A DNA stretch of 63,677 bases, filler included, from a bacterium (GTDB taxonomy: Bacteria; UBP15; UBA6099; JAJRTR01), in NCBI GenBank assembly GCA_024278215.1. It is 5 parts of 5 records of this genome, joined end to end, with 100 filler letters (N's around TTAATTAATTAA, not from the genome) between each part and the next. Parts side by side here need not be neighbours in the genome. Positions count along the whole stretch, not along the records: positions 14,475 to 29,498 come from JAJRTR010000143.1; 4 more parts are not named here. One strand, written 5' to 3'. The first letter of the stretch is position 1. Each line of letters begins with the position of its first letter. This document shows positions 18,710 through 27,271 of this stretch, piece by piece. A model generated the notes under the pieces. That model did no database searches, had not been told where the DNA came from, and saw only the letters and a list, made by a program, of their open reading frames with translations. The translations under genes were made by a program, and so were the position numbers.

Positions 18710-19789
18710 TCAATGTCTGCGGCCGGGCCGCCATGGTCGGTCACCGTAGACATCAGGGTCCCATTCTTCATCGAGGTCGTCCCAATCGTCGTCCGGATCG
18801 TACTCATCGTCGTCGGCTTCGAGCCTTGCGATGCGCTTCCGGCGCGAGATAACAATAAAATATACGGCGAGGAAAAGAAACCCCATCGCGACCCAGGTGT
18901 ACATGTCGAAGTAGGCGAGTACATGGCGGGCGATAACCCACGCACCCGGGCGGTCGAGATGTCGCCTCCAGATGTCGGCGAGTTCGTCGAGGGGCGCACC
19001 GTATATCTTGTTGAAAGCGGAATCTGTGGAAGTTCCCGCGGCAAGCAGTTCGAGCAAGCGCCGGAAGGAGGGTTTTCCCCTGCGTTTCATGAGATACTGC
19101 GTGAAGTCCGCACTCTGTGCGTAAGCAGTTTGCGCCAGTATCTCGGATCGTGGAAACCCACGTGCGATGTCGTCGAAATCGGCGACATTTCCTTGACGCA
19201 GAGCATTGTAAAGTCGAGTTTTACGGTCGTTCCACATACTGGGTATTTCCCAGGCTTCGGACAGATTGACAGCGATGCCCTCGTTGAGCCAGCGGGGGAG
19301 TGCGTCGGGATGCTTTCGGAACTCATAGTCCAGAACGGCATGTACGAGCTCATGGTGGATTATGTTGTAGAAGTTTTCAGGGTTGGTGTTCAGACCTTCG
19401 GGTTTGATGACTATGGTACGTCGTGAATATACGGCGACGGCCCAATCGGGGATACCGTTCCCGGCATAGCGGCGGAATTCCGAGCTGTCGCCCGTTATAT
19501 ATATGGTGTAAGAGCCTGACGGAGAGTGTCCGAGATAATCGACTGTGAGTTTCATCTTTTCATTTGCGCGGGATTCGACTTCATCGACGATGCTTTCCGG
19601 CATGTCCACGGCACGTACGATAATCCTGTAATCATCCGCATAAGTATTCATCGCGGGGATCAGGGGAAACAGGAATAATAAGAATAACGGCCACATGTGC
19701 CCGGTACGATAAACACAAAGGATGTCGGCGATTCCCATGGATATTTTTCTAAAAACAACATTTCTTTTAACGTATCTGCATGTGCGCAT
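18710..19789 (-). CDS. Peptidase MA-like (gluzincin) metallopeptidase with C-terminal TM helix and acidic tail
   Basis: HELVH (HExxH) then PRWLNEGIA and AYAQS. True start probably later (19738 or 19696). Confidence 0.8.
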   Translation of the reverse strand: MRTCRYVKRNVVFRKISMGIADILCVYRTGHMWPLFLLFLFPLIPAMNTYADDYRIIVRAVDMPESIVDEVESRANEKMKLTVDYLGHSPSGSYTIYITGDSSEFRRYAGNGIPDWAVAVYSRRTIVIKPEGLNTNPENFYNIIHHELVHAVLDYEFRKHPDALPRWLNEGIAVNLSEAWEIPSMWNDRKTRLYNALRQGNVADFDDIARGFPRSEILAQTAYAQSADFTQYLMKRRGKPSFRRLLELLAAGTSTDSAFNKIYGAPLDELADIWRRHLDRPGAWVIARHVLAYFDMYTWVAMGFLFLAVYFIVISRRKRIARLEADDDEYDPDDDWDDLDEEWDPDVYGDRPWRPGRRH

Positions 19790-19964
19790 ATCACTGATAA
19801 TAACTTCTTTTTAAATAAATTGCACCCTGTCATGAAATACTTGCAAATATGGCGGCTATAATATAAAATAACGAAAATTCCCGAGAGCGGGGAAAGGCCG
19901 GCCTGTGAAGCTTCAGACGATTCAATGTATAAGTAAAAGCGAAAGAGGCAATCAGAAAATAGCC

Positions 19965-20480
19965 ATGATAATAGCGACAACGCTGATTGTCGCATTTTTA
20001 GGATTTCTAGTTTTGTCGTTTCTGTTCTCATCCGGCAGTCCGCTAAACGCACTTCTTTTTCCGGAAAAACATAAAAAAATGGAGAAACAGAAACAGGCGA
20101 TTATCTTATACGACTCGAAGCAATGGGACAAAGCCCGCACCAAACTCGAAAAGCTTGTCGAAGAAAATCCGGATGATACTCTATACATCTACATGCTCGG
20201 AACAACTTATGCAAGACTGGGATACCCGGAGAAAGCTATAGGGAAATTGAAACGAGTAATAGAACTTGATCCAAAACACCACGAAGCATTCGGCAGCATG
20301 GCCTCGATATACTATAAATACGGTGAAGATGCCGCCGAGAACGGCTCGTATGAAAAGGCGAGGGATTACTACAAGATGGCGGAAGGCAAGATAGCGCAGG
20401 CACTGAACCTCGCGCCCGATAAGCTGGCATACCAGGAAATACAGAAACAGATTATCGAGGAGCAGGAAAGATTGCCCTGA
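19965..20480 (+). CDS. Membrane-anchored TPR protein
   Basis: N-terminal hydrophobic helix; TPR patterns (LGTTYARLGYPEKAIGKLKRVIELDPKH). Confidence 0.8.
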   Translation: MIIATTLIVAFLGFLVLSFLFSSGSPLNALLFPEKHKKMEKQKQAIILYDSKQWDKARTKLEKLVEENPDDTLYIYMLGTTYARLGYPEKAIGKLKRVIELDPKHHEAFGSMASIYYKYGEDAAENGSYEKARDYYKMAEGKIAQALNLAPDKLAYQEIQKQIIEEQERLP

Positions 20481-20494
20481 CTTTGAGGAAGACA

Positions 20495-20547
20495 TTGGGT
20501 GGAGTTCGATAAATTGCCGAAAACAGCACCCGACAGAGCCAGTCAGG
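20495..20547 (+). promoter_or_regulatory. Candidate Na+-I (DUF1646-motif) riboswitch aptamer
   Basis: P1 TTGGGTG/CACCCGA enclosing GAG-TTCG-ATAAATTGC-CGAA-AACAG, then CAGAGCCAGTC. Resembles my recollection of the DUF1646 consensus; lies upstream of a Na+-type stator. Not model-verified. Confidence 0.45.
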
Positions 20548-20704
20548 AAAAAAAACAAGACTTTTTGTGACATTATACACGATAAGACTGTTAAAAATTG
20601 CAGATATGCTTGCATTATTTAAGAATTCAATGTTAGAATTTACGGACTTACCAGATTTAAAATTTTTATTTTAAAATCTTAAGCAAAAATCTGGAGGATA
20701 TTAA

Positions 20705-21517
20705 ATGGATATTGCATCAATGGTTGGTATTGTGTTGGGAACCATCTTCCTCTTTTGGGGTAGTCTGGGCGCTGTTGATAACAGCATAGCCACATTCTTT
20801 GAGTTATTCATCAATGTACCGTCGATGATGATTACGTTCGGTGGAACATTCGCAGCGACTATGATTCACTACCCGCTGCCCCAGATCAAATCGATCGCCC
20901 CGATATTGAAGAATGTGTTCACCACATCACCCGAAACACCGAACGCGGCGATCGACATCCTTGTCAATCTTGCTGAAAAAGCAAGACGTGAAGGGTTGCT
21001 CTCGCTCGAGTCGGATGTGGAAATGACGGAAAATGTTTTCCTCAAAAAAGGAATACAACTCGTCATCGACGGCACAGACCCCGAACTGGTCCGCGAGATC
21101 ATGGAAATCGAGCTGGAATATCTCGAAGAACGGCATAAAGTCGGTGTCGGCCTTTTCGAGGCCATGGGTTTCTACTCCCCGGCATTCGGACTTGTGGGAA
21201 CACTTCTCGGACTCATCGGAATGCTCAAAGCACTCGGACAAGACATCAACGCTCTCGGGCCCAAGATGGCTATCGCCCTTGTAACAACATTATATGGAGC
21301 CGTATTTGCGAACTTCATCGCTCTGCCCATCAGTGGAAAGCTCAAGGTTCGCAGTGGCGAGGAAATTCAGCTCAAGCAGGTAATGATCCAGGGTATCATC
21401 TGCATACAGGAAGGCAACAACCCGAGGATCGTAAGGCAGAAGCTCATGAGCTTCCTGTCACCCAAGGCAAGACGCGAGATGGAAGAAGCTGAAGGTGGCG
21501 AAAGGAGAGCCGCGTAA
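20705..21517 (+). CDS. motA: Flagellar stator A subunit, Na+-type signature (PomA/MotP-like)
   Basis: ARREGLLSLE, GIQLVIDG, PAFGLVGTLLGL, MAIALVTTLYGA. Confidence 0.92.
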   Translation: MDIASMVGIVLGTIFLFWGSLGAVDNSIATFFELFINVPSMMITFGGTFAATMIHYPLPQIKSIAPILKNVFTTSPETPNAAIDILVNLAEKARREGLLSLESDVEMTENVFLKKGIQLVIDGTDPELVREIMEIELEYLEERHKVGVGLFEAMGFYSPAFGLVGTLLGLIGMLKALGQDINALGPKMAIALVTTLYGAVFANFIALPISGKLKVRSGEEIQLKQVMIQGIICIQEGNNPRIVRQKLMSFLSPKARREMEEAEGGERRAA

Positions 21518-21520
21518 ACT

Positions 21521-22312
21521 ATGTCAAGCGTACGCACAGGCAGAAAACCCGAAGAACCGCCAAAAGGCGCGCCTTCGTACATGACCACCTATGGCGACAT
21601 GACCACGCTGTTGCTCGTATTCTTTGTCTTCCTCTTCAGGGTAACTGACGGTATCAGCCAGGCGAAAATAGATGCAGCTATTTCATCATTCAGGCAGGCA
21701 ATGGGTGTGTTCCCGGCATCCATTTCTGTTCTGCGACCGGACGAAGCTATGCTCGTACCGAAAGAACACGGTACAAAAAACTACTGGGGCGAACAAAAAC
21801 AACTCGAATCACTTGAAAAGCTTCTCCGCAAAGAGATACAGAATATGCAGGATATGGGACCCGGCTATCTTTCTACTTACAGAGGTAAAAAAGAGCTAAG
21901 GGTTACCGTTGGAAGCAAGGCATTGTTCGGATCGGGAGATGCCCAGGTGAAAGATGAATTTAAACCGGCACTCGATAAACTTGCGGAGTTCATAAAGAAA
22001 TATAAACTCCAGGCTGTCGTTGAAGGTCACACGGACAACCAGCCCATCAGCACCTCAAGATTTCCTTCCAACTGGGAGCTTTCCGTGGGACGCGCTTCGA
22101 GTGTTGTGCGATACATGATTGAAAAACATGGTATAGATGAGAAGTACCTCCAGGCAAGCGGGTATGCGGATACAAAACCTGTGGCGTCAAACGACACTGC
22201 TGAAGGCCGCGAGAAAAACAGGCGCATCGAGATTATTCTGAAACCCACCAGGGGTACGCCTGCAAGCTTCGAGCAGAAAGCCAAACAGATATTCGGCGGC
22301 GCAACATTCTAA
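21521..22312 (+). CDS. motB: Flagellar stator B subunit with OmpA-like peptidoglycan-binding domain
   Basis: YMTTYGDMTTLLLVFFV plug/TM segment; VEGHTD, SNWELS..RA, NRRIEI. Confidence 0.92.
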   Translation: MSSVRTGRKPEEPPKGAPSYMTTYGDMTTLLLVFFVFLFRVTDGISQAKIDAAISSFRQAMGVFPASISVLRPDEAMLVPKEHGTKNYWGEQKQLESLEKLLRKEIQNMQDMGPGYLSTYRGKKELRVTVGSKALFGSGDAQVKDEFKPALDKLAEFIKKYKLQAVVEGHTDNQPISTSRFPSNWELSVGRASSVVRYMIEKHGIDEKYLQASGYADTKPVASNDTAEGREKNRRIEIILKPTRGTPASFEQKAKQIFGGATF

Positions 22313-22342
22313 CAAAAGCAGATCAGATAATTTCAAACATAC

Positions 22343-22372
22343 AAAACCACCGTTAACCCCGGTGGTTTTTTT
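22343..22372 (+). terminator. Rho-independent terminator after motB
   Basis: aaaaccaccg-ttaaccc-cggtggtttt plus T-tract. Confidence 0.85.
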
Positions 22373-22489
22373 GTTCCGGCTCAATCGGATAAATTCTCCG
22401 GATGCTGATTCGCGGGTAAATACAACCGATGCATCACATGTATAGCGGTTCAATAGGAATTGCGTATGTGAAATCGTGAAACAACATGG

Positions 22490-22680
22490 TGTCGTGTCAA
22501 CTTTGTATCGACGTTTTTGAGTGTAGACAAGGGCGCGGTCACCGTACCGCTCCTGAGCATATATTACGCATAACTGTTTGTACAACCAAAAGTGTAGGCG
22601 CGGTACGGTGACCGCGCCTACACTTTTTCTGTTCATTCCACTAAATGATTTTCTTACGTCTTTTCATCGTTGACACGACA
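22490..22680. mobile_element. Short element with TGT...ACA terminal inverted repeats and internal GTAG REP-like hairpin
   Basis: tgtcgtgtcaac...gttgacacgaca; internal ggcgcggtcaccgtaccgc / gcggtacggtgaccgcgcc. Confidence 0.55.
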
Positions 22681-22881
22681 ATAACGTGTTCTTTCCTTTG
22701 TACATGATAGTCGTAGATATACGTATGCAATTCTAAATAATAAATGCTATAGCATTTAAGAACGTGATCTTTGTTCAGCCGATAATGTTATGTCAAGTAT
22801 CAAATGACGCTAATGGCGTACGCACCTGATTCAACCTGATTTGCCGATTTATGGTTTCACTTTGAAACTCAGCGCAAGCAC

Positions 22882-22973
22882 TTTGGAGTGCGGCGATTTA
22901 TCGCCGTTTTGTCTGTTTACACCGGGAATAAATTCCCGGCGACGAAAGCGACAATGAATTGTCGCACTCCAAA
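22882..22973. repeat. REP-like inverted palindrome doublet
   Basis: tttggagtgcggcgatttatcgccg...cgacaatgaattgtcgcactccaaa with central ccgggaat-aa-attcccgg. Confidence 0.7.
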
Positions 22974-23046
22974 TAGGCGGCTTAGCCCTGCACCTTTCTC
23001 GTTTTTACGCTAACCCATCTTGCGTCTTTTCTTTGTTGACAAGCCG

Positions 23047-23964
23047 CTATTCTATCGTTTCGACGAAGCACTCAAAGGCAGCACGGTCAGGAAGTGAGGG
23101 CTGCGCGCCGAGTTTTGTTGTCGAGAGGGCGGCGACGCATCCAGAGAGTTCGACGGCTTCCCGGATGTCTTTGCCTTCGTCGAGAAAGACTGCGAGACTG
23201 CCTGTGAATGAGTCGCCGGCGGCGGTTGTGTCTTTTACGTCCACCGGCACAGGCGGAAAGAAGGCGACGCCGTCCTCGTCATAAAGAAGTGTGCCGTTTC
23301 CACCCATTGTTATAATAACTGTTTTAAGTACGCGTGCCGCAATCACCGCAGCGGCTTTTTCCGCGCTGTCCACATCTACAACATCAATGCCGCTCAGCAT
23401 CGTCGCCTCCGTCTCGTTCGGTGTCATGATGTCCACATTTTTATAGAAAAAATCATCGAGTTCACATGCCGGGGCAGGGTCGAGAATGATGCGTTTGCGC
23501 AACCTGCGGGCGAGCCTCACAGTTTTTTCGTTGACTTGCACAGGGATTTCAAGTTGTATGATTATGGTGTCTGCGGATTCGATCAGCGGTATCGCGTCGT
23601 CGAGGTCGAGAGGCTCGAAGTTCATGTTCGCGCGAGGCACCATGACGATGCTGTTGTCGCCTTCGGCATCCAGAACGACGGCGGAGCAGGCTGTGCCCGC
23701 GCTATCTTTTTTTACCCAGCGGACATCTACACCTGCGCCGGAAAGACTGTCGAGAATCTCACTGCCGTAGACGTCGTCGCCGACACGGCCCACGGCGGCG
23801 GCGTCAGCGCCCAGGAGCGCCGCCTGCATCGCCTGGTTCGCGCCCTTGCCGCCGGGCGCCGTGCTGAATGATTTGCCGACTACGGTTTCGCCTTTCACGG
23901 GCCGTTTCATCGTTTCAAATATGAAGTCCATTACGAAACTTCCCACTACAACTATTTTTCCCAT
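23047..23964 (-). CDS. rbsK: Ribokinase (PfkB family)
   Basis: IVVVGS, GGKGANQA, QLEIP, PNETEA, DTTAAGDSF. Confidence 0.92.
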   Translation of the reverse strand: MGKIVVVGSFVMDFIFETMKRPVKGETVVGKSFSTAPGGKGANQAMQAALLGADAAAVGRVGDDVYGSEILDSLSGAGVDVRWVKKDSAGTACSAVVLDAEGDNSIVMVPRANMNFEPLDLDDAIPLIESADTIIIQLEIPVQVNEKTVRLARRLRKRIILDPAPACELDDFFYKNVDIMTPNETEATMLSGIDVVDVDSAEKAAAVIAARVLKTVIITMGGNGTLLYDEDGVAFFPPVPVDVKDTTAAGDSFTGSLAVFLDEGKDIREAVELSGCVAALSTTKLGAQPSLPDRAAFECFVETIE

Positions 23965-24061
23965 ACGACTGCTCCCTGTTTTGAGGTCCGGCACTGCTCA
24001 TATTGTAATAATTGTATTCGGATCGGGTGGATTTGTAACGCGAAAAGGATAACTGGTTCGA

Positions 24062-25351
24062 TTATCTCGAAGCGGACTGGATACCGGCGGTACGGAAGAC
24101 GAGGCGTACGGGATAGTAGGAACCGGATTCGGGAGTGATCTCCACATTGACCGTGCGGTGTCCTTTCGGGGAAACATCAAACTCGCCGATGACGATGGAA
24201 TCCGGTGGTTTTACGAGATTGGTTTTCACGAGTGTGCCGTCAACAATGATTACGCCCCTTGCGGGTCCGGCAGAAGGATTGAAGTGGAGTTCGACCCTCT
24301 CTGTCCGTGGAAACGGATTATCGAGAGAGACTTCCAGCCTGTAGGTTACACCGTAATTGCCCTTGAGCGGTGAATGGTCTCCGTTGAGACTTCGCAACGG
24401 GTTGTCGCCGATATTTATGAACTTCCATCTGCCGCCGAGTTCGAATTTGTCCTTAATGAGAATGTAGGGCGGCCCGTATACGCCGTGCCCCCGCGACGAG
24501 TCGAACTCGCCGATGGGGCGTGCCCAGGCAGTGACGTATCTCATCGGATCGAGAACTTTGATTTTGAATGTTATATTGTCACCGGAAAGCAACCTCATGT
24601 CGCCGACGCCGCTGATAATTTCTTCCGGCGCAAGTTCGTACTGATGAATTGCGGTTTCGCCCGGCGGCAGTTCGAGGATGCTGCCCCTGTTGTCAAGCAG
24701 GTTGCGGGCAAAAGAGTGGGCAGTCCGGTGGCCGGGCGGCGACTCGAGTATGTCTGTCTCGAACGTACCCTCGACGATATGCAGCACAGCGGTTTCGTCC
24801 GCCTTGTTTTCCGCCAGCATCACAAGTTCGAGCGGTCTTCCGACGCCGTTTTTGTGATGTATGAGATAGCGCACGGACTCCTGCGCGTCGATCTTTCCTT
24901 CAAGCAGAAGGCCTGTTTCCGTCAGCAGTTCCGGGTTGTTGCTCACATACAGTCTGCTGCATCTGCCGAAATCCTCGATCACAACATTTTCGATCCGAAC
25001 GGCGGTATAGCTACGCGCGCTCCTGTAGTTTCTGCCCCATGTCAGGACAGAAACGAGTGCGGTGGATGTGTGACCGCGAGTGATGTAGTCGGGCGCGATG
25101 ATTCGTGTGCGGTCGACATAGAAGCGGCCGCCCGGCTTCGTCCTGATATTGTTCTCCACTTTCATTATCAACTGTGGAATATAGAAATCGAGAGGGACCC
25201 TGTTGCCTGTTATCTTTATAGAAAGAAGGGCCGGTGTTGTACCTGCGTATTCAGTGGCTGCGTTCTTTACAGGCGAAGCCGTGATCCGCGCACAGAAAAA
25301 CACAACCGCCGAAACAGCTAAGGCCAATATTTTTGTCCCTGTGCGTGTCAT
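24062..25351 (-). CDS. Secreted hypothetical protein (DUF3370-like motifs)
   Basis: Signal peptide; SNNPE and GNYGVTY motifs. Family assignment tentative. Confidence 0.55.
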   Translation of the reverse strand: MTRTGTKILALAVSAVVFFCARITASPVKNAATEYAGTTPALLSIKITGNRVPLDFYIPQLIMKVENNIRTKPGGRFYVDRTRIIAPDYITRGHTSTALVSVLTWGRNYRSARSYTAVRIENVVIEDFGRCSRLYVSNNPELLTETGLLLEGKIDAQESVRYLIHHKNGVGRPLELVMLAENKADETAVLHIVEGTFETDILESPPGHRTAHSFARNLLDNRGSILELPPGETAIHQYELAPEEIISGVGDMRLLSGDNITFKIKVLDPMRYVTAWARPIGEFDSSRGHGVYGPPYILIKDKFELGGRWKFINIGDNPLRSLNGDHSPLKGNYGVTYRLEVSLDNPFPRTERVELHFNPSAGPARGVIIVDGTLVKTNLVKPPDSIVIGEFDVSPKGHRTVNVEITPESGSYYPVRLVFRTAGIQSASR

Positions 25352-25477
25352 TTATTCAACTGGTTTATGCTTTTTTATGTTGCAATGTGTTAATCGCAAA
25401 GAATTCTTCGGACTTCAGTCATGGATTAAAATGGATTCTCACCTTCGCAGGCACAATATACAGGAAGAAAAACGACT

Positions 25478-26038
25478 TTAATCTTTCCTGAATTCCTTAT
25501 AGCCCACTTCGTACAGGTTTCCACCGTGAACGTCGTTGGCGACAACGGCAGGGAACTCCTCGACGACAATGCGGCGCATTGCTTCGGGACCGAGATCGTC
25601 ATACGCAATGACTTCCGCCTCTTTGATGGAGCGTGCTATGACAACACCCGCGCCGCCGATTGCCGCGAAATACACAGCGCCGTGTTTCTTCATCGCTTCG
25701 ATCACAGCGGGGCCGCGTGCGCCCTTGCCTATCATGCCCTTGAGTCCTATTTCCATGAGGCGCACGGCATAAGGGTCCATTCGATAGCTGGTCGTCGGGC
25801 CTGCCGAGCCGATCACCTCGCCAGGTTTCGCGGGTGTGGGACCGACATAATATATTATCTGACCGGCGAGATCGGCGGGCAGGTCTTCGCCCCGGTCAAG
25901 CGCGTCGAGCATCCTTTTGTGCGCGGCGTCGCGTGAGGTGTACATGACGCCGCTTATCAGCACCCGGTCGCCTATCTTAAGGTCTTCCAGTACTTCACTT
26001 GTGAGTGGTGTTGTGATTTTTTTCATGTCGTTGCTCAT
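25478..26038 (-). CDS. Class I Fe-S fumarate hydratase/tartrate dehydratase beta subunit
   Basis: RDAAHKR, YYVGP, GPTTSYRMD, IGKG, LGPEA; start overlaps the alpha-subunit stop. Confidence 0.92.
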   Translation of the reverse strand: MSNDMKKITTPLTSEVLEDLKIGDRVLISGVMYTSRDAAHKRMLDALDRGEDLPADLAGQIIYYVGPTPAKPGEVIGSAGPTTSYRMDPYAVRLMEIGLKGMIGKGARGPAVIEAMKKHGAVYFAAIGGAGVVIARSIKEAEVIAYDDLGPEAMRRIVVEEFPAVVANDVHGGNLYEVGYKEFRKD

Positions 26039-26877
26039 AGTGTCACCTTCACATGCCTGTGTGCATGGCATTCCATATTGACGGCAACAGGCAGACTGGC
26101 GATGTGGCATGGGTGGGCGAGAATCCTGACGCCCAGTGCCGTGACAGTGCCGCCGAGTCCCTGCGGTCCGATACCGAGATTGTTTATGCGTTCGAGAAGT
26201 TCTGCTTCAATTCGTGCAAGGATAGGGTCGGGATTCTTTTCTCCAAGGTCCCCCAGCAGTGCTTTCTTGGCGAGCAGCGCGCATACTTCGAATGTGCCGC
26301 CGATGCCCACCCCGACAACAACCGGCGGGCATGGGTTCGCCCAGCCTTTTTTCACTGTTTCCACTATAAAATCTTTTACCCCTTCTTCGCCCTGCGCGGG
26401 AGTGAGCATCCTGAGCCGTGACATATTCTCGCAACCCGCTCCTTTCGCCATCATACAGATTGTCAGTTTGTCGCCTTCCACTTCCTCGAAGTGAATCACG
26501 GCGGGCGTGTTGGTTTTTGTGTTCACCCTGTCCAGCGGGTGGCGCACCACGGACTTTCGCAGATAGCCGTCTTCGTAGCCAAGCTTAACACCTGTGTTTA
26601 TGGCGTTTCCGAGTGTGCCGCCGTCGACACCGACATCGCAGCCCTTCTGTATAAAGAACACAGATACGCCGGTGTCCTGGCATATCGGGCGCTGCTCCTC
26701 GCGCCCCAGACGGACGTTTTCCCTGATGCGTTCGATTATGTCGCGCCCCACAGGCGACTTCTCTTCTGCTGCCGCCTTCTCCAGCGCATCCGACACATCG
26801 CGTGGAAGCTCGCACGCAGCCTGGATACACATTTTCCTGACTGTCTCGCTGATCTTGGTGGAAGGTATTGTTCGCAT
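26035..26877 (-). CDS. Class I Fe-S fumarate hydratase/tartrate dehydratase alpha subunit
   Basis: PICQDTG, KGAGCEN, NPCPP, HIASLPVAVNMECHAHRH. Confidence 0.93.
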   Translation of the reverse strand: MRTIPSTKISETVRKMCIQAACELPRDVSDALEKAAAEEKSPVGRDIIERIRENVRLGREEQRPICQDTGVSVFFIQKGCDVGVDGGTLGNAINTGVKLGYEDGYLRKSVVRHPLDRVNTKTNTPAVIHFEEVEGDKLTICMMAKGAGCENMSRLRMLTPAQGEEGVKDFIVETVKKGWANPCPPVVVGVGIGGTFEVCALLAKKALLGDLGEKNPDPILARIEAELLERINNLGIGPQGLGGTVTALGVRILAHPCHIASLPVAVNMECHAHRHVKVTL

Positions 26878-27021
26878 AGTTCCGTTCCGTTTTCTATAGT
26901 TCCCATCGCAGGGAGTTATATTTGCAATTCCTTATATTATAATCCAGCATATCCTGGAAATGTTCACAAACGCATAGTTTTTCCCGACAGTCTGTTTGCG
27001 ACCGGCATCACAATTATTGCG

Positions 27022-27150
27022 GAGTGTGCGACACAAAAGTGGTTATTTGAGAAAAGCGGGGCAGGTACCGCAAAAAACAGCGTTACCTGTCCCTGTTTTT
27101 CGCGCACGAAAAATATGGTTGTTTTTAGCCCACTTTTATGTCGCACACCA
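27022..27150. mobile_element. MITE family B, 129 bp, 9-bp target duplication
   Basis: TIR gtgtgcgacacaaaagtgg / ccacttttatgtcgcacac; flanked by attattgcg at 27013-27021 and 27151-27159; second copy at 45129. Confidence 0.9.
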
Positions 27151-27271
27151 ATTATTGCGAATGCAGTTGCAGAAGACCTGTGTTTTTCAGTATACTTTTA
27201 TAGATATACCAAACGAGAGTCACCACAAAAAAACAGGCTCGTGATGGGCCGCATATACCGGAGGCGATACT

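Noticed and set aside
20705-22312. motAB as Zorya (ZorAB) defence or ExbBD/TolQR
   Set aside because: MotA has no long ZorA tail, no zorC/D/E are adjacent, and the motifs are those of flagellar stators.
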